Assembly: GCA_963695555.1 (NCBI GenBank)
Contig: CAVOGR010000001.1
Location: 384,001-448,000, forward strand
Reading direction: 5' to 3'
Length of the DNA stretch: 64,000 bases
Source: an uncultured Gemmatimonadales bacterium
GTDB lineage: Bacteria; Gemmatimonadota; Gemmatimonadetes; Gemmatimonadales; GWC2-71-9
Notes under the pieces: model-generated
What the model was told of the DNA's origin: nothing
The model's input: only the letters and a program-made list of their open reading frames with translations
Database searches by the model: none
Part shown: piece after piece, positions 18,742 to 27,973 of the stretch
Layout of the letters: the number at the start of each line of letters is the position of its first letter
Numbering within the stretch: the stretch's first letter is position 1
Made by a program: the position numbers and the translations under genes

Positions 18742-19265
18742 TATGTGGTGAGCTGACGGTGGACCAGGGTGGATGGGGCGACACCGAAGCTCGCGTGCAA
18801 TTCGATCCCGCCCGCCCGGGCCAGCAGGTTGATTAGCGCGTAATGATGCACCGTGTGGCTCAGCAGGAAGGCCAATTCCCGCCGGACGGTGCAGGGCGCC
18901 CATTCCGGCGGTTGGTGAACCTGGCTCGTGGTGCGGGTGTTGACCGCGATCGTCCGATCCAGCCGGTCGGGAGAAATCTCTGTCAGTTCCCGAACCGTCG
19001 CCTCCGCCCGAGCTCGCGCCGTCGCGATGTTCGTTTCGGTCGCAGGGTCACGTTCCCGGGCGTCGTAGTCGACCCGGCCCGACTCGAGTCCGGAAAAGAA
19101 CGCCTGGTAATGATCCAGGATGTGGCGGTAGTGCGAGCCGATCGATCCGGTCCCGTCCGGGAAGGCGGGCCGTGCGTACAACTCGGCGCCCAGCCGCCCC
19201 AACGCGGCGATGCCCTGCCGCACGATCTCGACGTTGTCGTGGATGGGTGCTATGCGTGCTGCCAT
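18741..19265 (-). CDS. DinB family protein
   Basis: SIGSHYRHILDHY, DYDARER and RELAFLLSHTVHHYA motifs. GAGGAG RBS. Confidence 0.85.
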   Translation of the reverse strand: MAARIAPIHDNVEIVRQGIAALGRLGAELYARPAFPDGTGSIGSHYRHILDHYQAFFSGLESGRVDYDARERDPATETNIATARARAEATVRELTEISPDRLDRTIAVNTRTTSQVHQPPEWAPCTVRRELAFLLSHTVHHYALINLLARAGGIELHASFGVAPSTLVHRQLTT

Positions 19266-20083
19266 TGCGACTCCTCGCTCACCGCGGGCGTGACGGGGTG
19301 TGTGAGCGCGCGGTGGAGCTTCTCGGCTAACGCCTTCCGATCCCGCTCCACGATCGGGTAGGCCCCGAAGGTAACCGTGGCCTGAAAACCGGGAAGCCGG
19401 CACAACTCCGCGAAGTGCGGTCCAAATTCCATGTCTCCCCACCAACACACGGCCAGGTGCGCGGGCGGCGCGTCCGAGGGCGTCCGGTACGACACGCGTG
19501 CGTGGTGCACCGGGTAGCCGTGGCGCGCAGCCACCTCCAAGAGGGCCGGCTTGAGGGGGCGCACCTGCCGGCCGTCCGTGCTGGTGCCCTCCGGGAACAG
19601 AATCACCCCGTCACCCCGCGCCAGCGCCTCCTGGATTTGATCCGATACCCGGAGCGCATCCCGACGGCGTTCGCGATCGACGAAGATGGTCCGCATGGCA
19701 CCAGCGAAGATGCCCCACATGGGCCACGAACGGACCTCGCGTTTGGCCACGAACACACCGGGAACGACGCTCGCCAGGAGGATAATGTCTACATACGATA
19801 CATGGTTGGTAACCAAAATGAATGGCGCATCGGCCGGAGGCGCCCCCTCGAGTACACAGCGCATTCCAAGCAGGTGCGCAACCCCGCCGGCCCACCGGCG
19901 AAACGAGGCCAGCCGCCAGCGCCTGCGCGCCTCCACCGCCGGCAACAGCACGAGCGTGCCCCCGCCCCACAGTATGAACGAGAACGCGGTCCATCCCGCG
20001 ATGCCTGCCAGGCGGGCCACCTGGCGAATCCGTCCCCCATGCACGGCCACGACACCCGCGCTGGTCTCACCCGAAGAAGACAC
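19250..20083 (-). CDS. Lysophospholipid/lyso-aminolipid O-acyltransferase (PlsC/OlsA-like)
   Basis: NHVSYVD, FVAKREV, TIFVDR and FPEGTST motifs. Confidence 0.88.
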   Translation of the reverse strand: MSSSGETSAGVVAVHGGRIRQVARLAGIAGWTAFSFILWGGGTLVLLPAVEARRRWRLASFRRWAGGVAHLLGMRCVLEGAPPADAPFILVTNHVSYVDIILLASVVPGVFVAKREVRSWPMWGIFAGAMRTIFVDRERRRDALRVSDQIQEALARGDGVILFPEGTSTDGRQVRPLKPALLEVAARHGYPVHHARVSYRTPSDAPPAHLAVCWWGDMEFGPHFAELCRLPGFQATVTFGAYPIVERDRKALAEKLHRALTHPVTPAVSEESQWQHA

Positions 20084-20915
20084 GGTAGATCCGCTCGTCG
20101 AGGGCCTGGATGTCCAGCAGCACCAGATAATCGATGGTCTGGAAGCGCCGGTCGATGGCCGGTGGCCCGCAGACGCGCGCGCCGAGGTTCAAGTAGCTCT
20201 GGAACAAGGCCGGGATATGCACCTCCGGCCGCGGACCATCGCGAGTGGGATCAGGCGGGCATTCGAGCCCGTCGAGCGGTGTCACGCGGCAATCGGCATC
20301 CGCGTGCCCTTCCGCGCGCAGGAACTGATAGACCCGGTGTCCGAGATCGAGATCTTGCGACGTGAGCGAGCAGCAGCCGAAGAGATACCGCTTGTGATTC
20401 CATGTGAGGTACTGCGCCAACCCTCGCCACAAGAGCTGGAGGACTCGGCCGTTGCGGTGCGCCTTGGCGACGCATGCGCGACCGATCTCGACGGCGTCTT
20501 CGAGGATGTCGGCGGGGATGCCGCCGAGGTCGAATTCTCCCGCCGAATAGAAGCCTCCCATGGCGGCAGCCATCTGCGCTGTCTGCATGCGGTAGGTACC
20601 TACGATCGCGCCGGTGGGCTTGTGGGTGATAGCCAGATGATGGAACCGTGCATCCAACTCGTCCTCGTCCCTGCCCGTGTGGTACGATTCGGCGAACCCT
20701 TCATCCAATTCGAGATTGAACACCTCGAACCGCAGTTTGAGTATGGCCTCCAGTTCCTCCGGCGATTGGGCAAACCGGAGGGTGTACCCGCCACTAGCGT
20801 GCTCCGAGGTCGGCAGCGCCTTCTGGGCGACCGGGTATCCGGCCACACCGATGTTCACTGCCGGATCCTGACGGCGGTGCGGACTGGATTGCACGGGGAT
20901 TCGCGGTTGGGTCAT
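20067..20915 (-). CDS. GNAT N-acyltransferase, OlsB-like (N-acyl amino acid synthase family)
   Basis: LRFEVF..EL.EG, D.DE.D....HL, VGTYRM, GFYS..EFDL, EIGRACV, LLWRGL and YLFGC motifs. ATGA overlap with the upstream gene. Confidence 0.85.
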   Translation of the reverse strand: MTQPRIPVQSSPHRRQDPAVNIGVAGYPVAQKALPTSEHASGGYTLRFAQSPEELEAILKLRFEVFNLELDEGFAESYHTGRDEDELDARFHHLAITHKPTGAIVGTYRMQTAQMAAAMGGFYSAGEFDLGGIPADILEDAVEIGRACVAKAHRNGRVLQLLWRGLAQYLTWNHKRYLFGCCSLTSQDLDLGHRVYQFLRAEGHADADCRVTPLDGLECPPDPTRDGPRPEVHIPALFQSYLNLGARVCGPPAIDRRFQTIDYLVLLDIQALDERIYRVFFG

Positions 20916-21673
20916 GAGATTCGCCGATAGGAGGAACGGTCGGCGAACAAGAAGAGCTGGCCGTCGTGACGTTCGAGCCGCCCGGTCACCTCTACCGGCT
21001 CGGCGATGAGGTCGAGCAATGCCTTTCCCGACGGCCGGCCCTGGGCGTCGGCCAGCAACAGGTAGGCAACGACCCCGGCGGAACCGCGCACCACCAACAT
21101 CGGCGGGACACCACCGCTGACACAGCGGACGGCACAGGCACGATGTGGCGTCCAGGTCGCCGGGTTCATGACGCCGAGGAAACACTTGCTGTCGACGATC
21201 TCACCCTGGAGGGTCACCGTGCCGAGGACCTCCGGCTCGGGCCGCGAACCAACGGGGCTATCCTCAGGCCTGCCGGGCGCGACCGACCCCGCGGCCACCT
21301 CGATCATGGTTTGATCGTCGCGATAGATGAGTGAGCCCGCGAGTTCGGCCGGCCGGCCGTCGAGGTCGTGGACGAGCGCGTCGGCGCCGTGCTTACCCGG
21401 CGCGACGAGGTGATAGCGGGATACCGATTTGCCGGGCCGTTCGACCAGGAGCGCGGGGTAGGGGCTCGTCGCGATCAGGCCCTGAAATGCACGCGTCTGA
21501 CCGAATTCGAACGTGGCAGCGTCGAAGCCCTGCTGGCTCCCCGCCACGAGCAATGCGGCGCAGGCCCCGATCACCGCCAGGAAAGCAGTCCACCGGCCGA
21601 CGAATCGAGCGATCCCGGCAGGTGCGCGATCCGCGTATCCGATATAGAACTCATTTTGCGGATGATGGCTCAT
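20912..21673 (-). CDS. Membrane-anchored hypothetical protein with Cys/His motif
   Basis: EFYIGY N-terminus, one TM helix, GEIVDSKCFLGVM..HRACAVRCVSGG. ATGA overlaps. Confidence 0.75.
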   Translation of the reverse strand: MSHHPQNEFYIGYADRAPAGIARFVGRWTAFLAVIGACAALLVAGSQQGFDAATFEFGQTRAFQGLIATSPYPALLVERPGKSVSRYHLVAPGKHGADALVHDLDGRPAELAGSLIYRDDQTMIEVAAGSVAPGRPEDSPVGSRPEPEVLGTVTLQGEIVDSKCFLGVMNPATWTPHRACAVRCVSGGVPPMLVVRGSAGVVAYLLLADAQGRPSGKALLDLIAEPVEVTGRLERHDGQLFLFADRSSYRRIS

Positions 21674-22710
21674 GACTTGGGGAACGTTGCCGGCACGACA
21701 GGAGTTCCGGGCGGATTGGGATGAGGGTCGACGAGCACGCGTTGGCCAATCACTCGCACGTTGAACGTGGGAATCCGCTCCGTGAAGGGCGGGGGCGACT
21801 GGCCCGACTCAGGATAGTACTGATACCCGTGCCAGGGGCAGGTGATGCAACCGTCGATGATTCTGCCCTCCCCGAGGGGCCCGTTCTGGTGCTGGCACAC
21901 GTTGGAGACACAGGAAATCTTACCGTCGGTGCGGAACACCGCTACCCGCTCTCCACCAATTGCGAACACCCGCGCCCGATTCTCCGGAATCTCGCCTGCC
22001 GCGCAGACATCGACATAGCCATCGGACGTTATTGACCTGATATCGCGATCGACCCGCCGCTCTCGGACTGCGGCGGCCAGGTGGAGCCCCACCACCCCAA
22101 CCATGCCGACTCCGAGGAGCAGCGCGAGCACGGGTTGGGCCTCGGCTTGCAGGGCTCCGAACGCCACGTGACCGACCACCAACGCGTACGCTACGTACAC
22201 CAGCATGTGCAGGGCTTTCCAGACCGGCGCCGTCAGGTTGGCCAGCCAAAAATCGTGACTCGTCGCCGCCAAGAGGAATAGGATGCCGAGCGCTGCCAAG
22301 CCGAGCGGTTGGAACGGGAAGCGGGTGAGTGCGGCGTACTCGCCGTCGCCGGTGAGGACGCTCACCAGTGGATGGACGTCGCCCAGGGCATGGAACTGGA
22401 TGATGGCGAACAGGCCGTGTGCGAGGGCAAACGAGAATGTCGTGACACCGAGATGGCGGCGGTTGTAGAGCAGCGGAAGAAACCGGGGGTCGAGCCGGCT
22501 GAGTGGCCCGATGACGACGATAACGTGCAGCAGCACGATGGCCACCAATCCGAGCCCGCGGATCAGGATGGTCTCTAGAGTGGCGTCCGGCTGGAACGCG
22601 ACGGTGGCCGCGGCAAAGGTGCCGAGCACGGTGACGGCGCCGGCGAGGACGATGGCGTCGTAGATCCGCTTTTGACGGGTCCACCCGACCGCCCGGTAGC
22701 GTTCACTCAT
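21670..22710 (-). CDS. Ferric reductase-like (MsrQ-type heme b) membrane domain fused to a Rieske [2Fe-2S] domain
   Basis: RRHLGV, LAATS.D and WKALH.LVY...H motifs. Rieske CQH...CPWHG. Confidence 0.88.
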   Translation of the reverse strand: MSERYRAVGWTRQKRIYDAIVLAGAVTVLGTFAAATVAFQPDATLETILIRGLGLVAIVLLHVIVVIGPLSRLDPRFLPLLYNRRHLGVTTFSFALAHGLFAIIQFHALGDVHPLVSVLTGDGEYAALTRFPFQPLGLAALGILFLLAATSHDFWLANLTAPVWKALHMLVYVAYALVVGHVAFGALQAEAQPVLALLLGVGMVGVVGLHLAAAVRERRVDRDIRSITSDGYVDVCAAGEIPENRARVFAIGGERVAVFRTDGKISCVSNVCQHQNGPLGEGRIIDGCITCPWHGYQYYPESGQSPPPFTERIPTFNVRVIGQRVLVDPHPNPPGTPVVPATFPKS

Positions 22711-23209
22711 CGGATGGCCCCGGGCGGGGTTCAGAGACGGTCAACGCGCCGAGCACCGTGCCATGCGCCACACTATAAAGGACGAGACTGCCCTGGGTTG
22801 CCACCGCTTGGGACGGTAGCTCGAGGCGCTGGGCGCCAGCGTTCCCGATGGTGCCCAGGAAGACCGCATCCCGTGGCAGCGTTTCGGGTGCCGCACCGGT
22901 ACGGGCTGTCCAATAGACCGCGACATCCGGCTCGCGGAGTGCCTCGGTGAGTGTGAGCTCGACGCCGAGGCGCGACCGCAGCGAGTCGGACGTGAGCATG
23001 CGGAGGTGGATGTGCAGATCGACCAACTCCGCTTCGGTGCCCGCGATGGCGGTCCACGTGCTGAGGCTGGGTTGGTTGAGCACCCGAGGTACCCGATCGA
23101 CAATGGGGGCGCGCCGCTTGACGCCGATCGCCGCCACCAGCGCGAGGGGCAGGATCACGGCGAGCATCGCAAAGATCCAGAGATGGCGCCGCCGATGGGA
23201 TCGGATCAC
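22703..23209 (-). CDS. Hypothetical membrane-anchored protein
   Basis: GTGA overlap with the upstream gene. RRRHLWI followed by a TM helix; PD..VYW and LYS..H motifs. Confidence 0.7.
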   Translation of the reverse strand: MIRSHRRRHLWIFAMLAVILPLALVAAIGVKRRAPIVDRVPRVLNQPSLSTWTAIAGTEAELVDLHIHLRMLTSDSLRSRLGVELTLTEALREPDVAVYWTARTGAAPETLPRDAVFLGTIGNAGAQRLELPSQAVATQGSLVLYSVAHGTVLGALTVSEPRPGPSDE

Positions 23210-23484
23210 GGTGCGGTCTCGATCGAGTTGCCTGTCGTGGGGCGTTGATGGGCGGTGCGCTGGCTGGGTGGTTGCCTGCGGCCGCCGACCCACCGGCTGA
23301 GCAAGAGCGGCCAGAGCGCGATCGTGCCGGGGATGATCAGGATGCGGAATCCGATGGTGCCGGACCGGGCGACCGGATCGATGCGCCCGACCCCTCGGAT
23401 GACGAAGGGAATCGCGAAGATGACGCCCGCGATGGCGTAGAGGGACAGCGCCCAGACGAGTCCAGTGGCGATCGGTTGGGACAT
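23206..23484 (-). CDS. Small two-TM membrane protein
   Basis: Y...G..FA.PF...G..RIDP.A..GT.GFR.LI.PG..ALWP pattern. First gene of the coupled operon. Confidence 0.75.
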   Translation of the reverse strand: MSQPIATGLVWALSLYAIAGVIFAIPFVIRGVGRIDPVARSGTIGFRILIIPGTIALWPLLLSRWVGGRRQPPSQRTAHQRPTTGNSIETAP

Positions 23485-23511
23485 TCGCGGCCGGGGGCTG
23501 GGCGGAAAGCG

Positions 23512-23540
23512 AAAAGGACCGAGTTCGTGGCCCGGTCCTT
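23512..23540 (-). terminator. Intrinsic terminator after tRNA-Val
   Basis: Minus strand reads AAGGACCG-...-CGGTCCTT-TT. Confidence 0.6.
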
Positions 23541-23570
23541 CCCGTGCACGTGCGTGCCTTCCTTTCGCTA

Positions 23571-23644
<74 letters not shown>

Positions 23645-23651
23645 CAAAAAC

Positions 23652-23715
23652 ACGGTAGGACGATACGGTGGCAGGACGGCGCCTACTTACCGTCTTACCG
23701 CCCTACCGTCCTACC
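23652..23715. repeat. Inverted octamer tandem repeats (ACGGTAGG / TACCGTCC-like)
   Basis: Seen directly in the tRNA spacer. Confidence 0.6.
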
Positions 23716-23721
23716 TGTCAA

Positions 23722-23795
23722 TAGCGGGGGTGGGATTTGAACCCACGACCTCCGGGTTATGAGCCCGGCGAGCTACCAGACTGCTCCACCCCGCG
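23722..23795 (-). tRNA. Initiator tRNA-fMet(CAT)
   Basis: CGCGGGGTGGAGCAG. Mismatched 1:72 pair and three consecutive G-C pairs in the anticodon stem around CAT. Confidence 0.95.
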
Positions 23796-23811
23796 ATGAT
23801 TCCGATGCGAG

Positions 23812-23884
23812 AGCGGGAAACGGGACTCGAACCCGCGACCCCAACCTTGGCAAGGTTGTGCTCTACCAACTGAGCTATTCCCGC
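23812..23884 (-). tRNA. tRNA-Gly(GCC)
   Basis: GCGGGAATAGCTCAGTTGGTAGAGCA-CAACC-TT-GCC-AA-GGTTG. Confidence 0.95.
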
Positions 23885-23971
23885 ATTATCGCGGCCTGGA
23901 TTCTAGCCCATTGCCCCAGGCCGGCGCAACCGCTGATCGTGGCCCGGGCACCCGGCTCCGGGCCGCTGGAG

Positions 23972-24044
23972 TGGAGGCGAGGGGGATCGAACCCCTGACC
24001 TCGTGAATGCCATTCACGCGCTCTCCCAACTGAGCTACGCCCCC
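23972..24044 (-). tRNA. tRNA-Ala(GGC)
   Basis: GGGGGCGTAGCTCAGTTGGGAGAGCG-CGTGA-AT-GGC-AT-TCACG; G3:U70 pair. Confidence 0.95.
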
Positions 24045-24098
24045 CAGTATGTTGCCGCGCCACAATAAGTTGCGCCGCGGCAGACGGGGAAGCTAGCG

Positions 24099-24935
24099 GT
24101 GGCTTCCAAGAGTGTCAAGCAGACTTCCACCGCTCTCTTTACACCCTCTCGGGCGCGGTCTACCTTGCAAATCGTGCAACAGCTTCTGGCCGTCCGGGGC
24201 GCCGGGGTGGGTGGAGCAATCGAGCGAGTCGGCCGCGCCGCGATTGACTCCCTTCGGGCCCTGACCGATGTCCGAACGTGGGCCCCGCTGGTCGTCCCCC
24301 AGATGCGACGATTGGGGGTCGACTCGGTCCCCATCGCCATCTTCATTGCCGTCTTCACCGGCATCGTGTTGGCGCTGCTCTCCTCGTACACCTTCACGGG
24401 GGCAGTGCCGCTCTACTTCGTGGGTTCCCTGGTCGGCAAGACGATCATGATGGAGTTGGGACCCGTGCTCACGGGCATGGCGCTCGCCGGCCGGGTGGGG
24501 GCCAACATCGCTGCCGAAATCGGGACCATGCGGGTGACGGAGCAGGTCGATGCCCTGGAGACGCTCGCCTATGATACCAATGCGTTCCTCATCGTCCCGC
24601 GGGTCCTGGCCGGCGGCATCATGTTTCCCGTAGTCACGGCGTTCGCCGTGGCCATCGGCGTCACCTCGGGGTGGATCACCGCCGTCAATCTCCTCGACCT
24701 GTCGACACCGCAGTTCCTCAAGGGCCTGCGGCTCTTTTACGAGTTCAAAGACATCTGGTTCGGGCTGGTGAAGGCGGGAAGCTTCGGCCTGGCCGTGACA
24801 CTCATGGGCTGCCTGCAGGGATTGCGCGCCACCGGTGGAGCCCAGGGTGTGGGTCGCGCCGCTACTCGCGCCGTGGTCCTTGGCTGCGAGTCCATCCTGG
24901 TGCTCGACGCCTTCTGGGCGATCGTCCTGCTCTGA
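24099..24935 (+). CDS. mlaE: MlaE-family ABC permease
   Basis: ELGPVLT, GRVGA.IAAEIGTMRVTEQVDALE and GVGRAATRAVV motifs. Start uncertain. Confidence 0.9.
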   Translation: MASKSVKQTSTALFTPSRARSTLQIVQQLLAVRGAGVGGAIERVGRAAIDSLRALTDVRTWAPLVVPQMRRLGVDSVPIAIFIAVFTGIVLALLSSYTFTGAVPLYFVGSLVGKTIMMELGPVLTGMALAGRVGANIAAEIGTMRVTEQVDALETLAYDTNAFLIVPRVLAGGIMFPVVTAFAVAIGVTSGWITAVNLLDLSTPQFLKGLRLFYEFKDIWFGLVKAGSFGLAVTLMGCLQGLRATGGAQGVGRAATRAVVLGCESILVLDAFWAIVLL

Positions 24936-24945
24936 TGCGCCGGCC

Positions 24946-25716
24946 ATGATACTGTTCGACGGGGTGTCCAAGTCGTTCGGACCGCGCAAGGTGCTGGACG
25001 GGTTTTCGCTCGAGGTGCCCGACGGCCAGACCACGGTCATCGTGGGGTTCTCGGGGTCCGGCAAGAGCGTCGCGCTCAAGCATATCGTCGGGCTGTTGCG
25101 TCCGGATGAGGGGCGCGTGGTCGTCGACGGACAGGTCGTGCACGAGCTGGACCGGGATGGCCTCGCCGAGCTGCGGCGTTCGATCGGGTACGTGTTCCAG
25201 TTCGCCGCCTTATTCGACTCGATGACGGTCGAGGAGAATATCCTGCTCGGATTGGCCCGTCGCGGGCTGAGCCAGGAGGAAATCGAGGACCGGGTCACCC
25301 AGAGCCTCCGGTTGGTGGAGCTCGAGGACGCGCGCCTGCAGCTGCCCGCCGAGTTATCAGGCGGGATGCGCAAGCGGGCTGGCATTGCGCGTGCCATCGC
25401 ACTGGGGCCGCGGTACATGTTGTATGATGAGCCGACGACGGGACTCGATCCGGTCACGTCCGCCGTCATCGATCGGCTCATGATCCGCGTGCGCCAAGAA
25501 TCCGGGGCGACCGGCGTCGTGGTGACCCACGACATGCGCAGCGCCTATACCATTGGGGATCGCATTGCCATGCTCTATGAGGGCGCCATCCGACAAGTCG
25601 GCACGGTGGACGAGATCCGCGCGACCCGCGACCCTCTTGTCCGGCAGTTCATCGAGGGGCGACCCAACGCCCCGGCCGTCTCGGGGCCGGCCCCGAGAAC
25701 TGGAGTTGGGCCATGA
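24946..25716 (+). CDS. mlaF: MlaF-family ABC ATPase
   Basis: GFSGSGKS, LSGGMRKR and YDEPTTGLDP motifs. Confidence 0.9.
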   Translation: MILFDGVSKSFGPRKVLDGFSLEVPDGQTTVIVGFSGSGKSVALKHIVGLLRPDEGRVVVDGQVVHELDRDGLAELRRSIGYVFQFAALFDSMTVEENILLGLARRGLSQEEIEDRVTQSLRLVELEDARLQLPAELSGGMRKRAGIARAIALGPRYMLYDEPTTGLDPVTSAVIDRLMIRVRQESGATGVVVTHDMRSAYTIGDRIAMLYEGAIRQVGTVDEIRATRDPLVRQFIEGRPNAPAVSGPAPRTGVGP

Positions 25717-26720
25717 AGCGCACCAATGAGTTGGTGGTCGGGTCCGTGATCTTGGCCGGGCTCGTCGTGGTGATCGGCGGGGCGATCTGGCTCGGACAAC
25801 GCCGGCTCGCGGGGCAGGTGCAGATCCACACCGCCCGGTTCCGAACCGTCGGGGGACTCGGAGTCGGGGCACCGGTGACGCTTCGCGGCGTGCGGGTCGG
25901 GCGGGTCGAGGCCATTCGTCTCGGCCAAGACGAGTGGGTCGAGATGGACCTCCGGGTCGACCGCTCGGTCGATGTTCCGGCCAACCCTGGCGTCATTGCC
26001 GCTTCGGCCAGCCTGTTCGGCGAATGGGCGGCCACGATCATCACCCTCGACGCACCCCAGGAAGACCCCGCCATTCATACACTGCTCACCGAGGCCGCCG
26101 CGCCTGGCGGCGGAGTCTGGCCGGGCGCGACATTGCCGGATATCGGGAAGCTCACGGCGCAAGCCGGCCGGATCGCCAACGACATCGCGCTCCTCACCGG
26201 CAGGGTCGGCGCCATCTTCGATTCGAGTACCGTGAACGAATTGCGGAGCAGCATCCGGGACTTCGTCGATGTAGCCGACCAATTGCGCCGCTTCACACGA
26301 GGCAAGATGGCCTCGTTCGATACCATGGCACTCGACCTGAGCGGCGGATCGGCGGACTTTGCGGCGGCGGCACGCGGTGCCCGGCTCGCGGCCGAGCGGT
26401 TCGACTCGGCCACCGCGGACCGACAGCTCGCCGACATCATGAACTCGGCGCGGGGGTCGAGCGAGGACCTGCGGCGGGCGTCGGCGGATTTCCGCGCCCT
26501 CATGGAGGCGGCGCGCGCCCACGAAACCAGCCTGACGCGGGTCTTGATCGCGACCGACTCCATCATGTCCCGGCTCGAGAGCGGGTCAGGCACGCTCGGG
26601 CTCTTGGCGTCGGACTCGACGTTGTACGCGGAAGCCACGCTCACGGTGCGCACGCTCCGTGACCTGCTCGAGGACATCCAGGCCAATCCGCGGCGCTACT
26701 TCAAGTTCTCGGTATTCTAG
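25713..26720 (+). CDS. mlaD: MlaD/MCE family protein
   Basis: N-terminal TM, GL.VGAPV.LRGV.VG.V MCE motif, helical tail ending NPRRYFKFSVF. Confidence 0.85.
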   Translation: MKRTNELVVGSVILAGLVVVIGGAIWLGQRRLAGQVQIHTARFRTVGGLGVGAPVTLRGVRVGRVEAIRLGQDEWVEMDLRVDRSVDVPANPGVIAASASLFGEWAATIITLDAPQEDPAIHTLLTEAAAPGGGVWPGATLPDIGKLTAQAGRIANDIALLTGRVGAIFDSSTVNELRSSIRDFVDVADQLRRFTRGKMASFDTMALDLSGGSADFAAAARGARLAAERFDSATADRQLADIMNSARGSSEDLRRASADFRALMEAARAHETSLTRVLIATDSIMSRLESGSGTLGLLASDSTLYAEATLTVRTLRDLLEDIQANPRRYFKFSVF

Positions 26721-27200
26721 ATGGCGAAGCAGCACGTCGATCGGGAAGTCAGCGCCGGGGGCATCATCTTTCGGCGCAGTCCCGAGGAGCCTGCGCAGTT
26801 TCTGCTCATTCGGGATTCCTACCGCCACTGGGGCTTTCCCAAAGGGCATCTGGAGGACGGCGAGACGCCGGCCGAGGCGGCGCTGCGCGAGACCGCCGAA
26901 GAAACCGGACTGAACGACCTCGTCCTGCACGGCCCGATCAAGATCATCGACTGGCACTTCCGCTTTCGCGGCCGGCGGATTCACAAGTACTGTCACTTCT
27001 TCTTGTTCGAGAGCCCCGCAGCCGAATCCGACCCGCAGGTCGGCGAAGGCATCACCGCATGCCGCTGGTATCCCCTCGAGGAAGCGCTCCGCCACTTGAG
27101 CTACGACAATGCCCGGGGTGTGCTCAAGCGCGCCGGTGAAATGGCACGCACGCTCGTGGCCGTGGGTGCCGGCCGACCCAAGCGGGCTCCGACAGGCTGA
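26721..27200 (+). CDS. NUDIX hydrolase (Ap4A hydrolase-like)
   Basis: FPKGHLEDGETPAEAALRETAEETG Nudix box. Confidence 0.9.
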   Translation: MAKQHVDREVSAGGIIFRRSPEEPAQFLLIRDSYRHWGFPKGHLEDGETPAEAALRETAEETGLNDLVLHGPIKIIDWHFRFRGRRIHKYCHFFLFESPAAESDPQVGEGITACRWYPLEEALRHLSYDNARGVLKRAGEMARTLVAVGAGRPKRAPTG

Positions 27201-27202
27201 GC

Positions 27203-27973
27203 ATGCCGACCATCGCCGGGCTGCTCGCGACCCGTCGGCAGGTCCAAGCGCTGCGCCGGAGCGTTCCAAAGGGCGGTCCCCAGGTTGTCTCCTGCCGCAG
27301 CTTTCGCGCGCTCCATCGGCTCATGGACCAGCGCCTGGTCGACGCCGTCACGCTCGCCCCCACGAGTGCGAGCCTCTCGGAAGTTGCGGGGTTTCGGGAG
27401 CGGTTCCCGACCATCCCAATGATTGCATATGCGGGGTTCCGGCCCGATGACGGCGCCCTGCTGTCCGCGTGCTACCGGGCGGGGATAGCCCGAGCCCTGG
27501 TCGAAGGAGTGGACGACGCCATCCTCGGTGAGACGCTCAGTCGAACCAGCCTAACGGCGGCGCGACGGAGCGGACTGGCCGCGGCCCCGAGGCTTCTGCG
27601 CCTGACCGAGCCGCTCCAGCGAACAGTCTGGGATGTGTTGATCGAAGATGTCGAGCGGCCCATGGGGACCGACGAATTAGCCCGCCGGTTCAAGGTGAGC
27701 AGGGAGCACCTCTCACGGCAGGTCGGCGCGGGCGGAGCGCCGAATCTCAAACGATTGATGGACCTCACCCGGACGGTTTGTGCCGCTCAGCTGCTGTGCA
27801 ATCCGGGTTACGCCATCCAAACGGTCGTCCGGCTGCTCGGCTTCACATCATCCAGCCATCTGAGCCGCACGGCGCGCCGGGTGGTTGGCGTCCCGGCTGC
27901 GAAGCTCGGCGAACTCACGCCGGAAGAACTCCTGCGGCGGTTCGTGCGCGGGAAGACCCGGAGCCGGATCTAG
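27203..27973 (+). CDS. AraC-type HTH regulator with receiver-like N-terminus
   Basis: LARRFKVSREHLSR and LGFTSSSHLSR HTH motifs. Confidence 0.7.
   Translation: MPTIAGLLATRRQVQALRRSVPKGGPQVVSCRSFRALHRLMDQRLVDAVTLAPTSASLSEVAGFRERFPTIPMIAYAGFRPDDGALLSACYRAGIARALVEGVDDAILGETLSRTSLTAARRSGLAAAPRLLRLTEPLQRTVWDVLIEDVERPMGTDELARRFKVSREHLSRQVGAGGAPNLKRLMDLTRTVCAAQLLCNPGYAIQTVVRLLGFTSSSHLSRTARRVVGVPAAKLGELTPEELLRRFVRGKTRSRI

Noticed and set aside
15249..23570. Nine-gene operon as a tRNA-integrated island
   Set aside because: It is flanked by tRNAs, but I found no duplicated tRNA end, and GC/codon usage look host-like.
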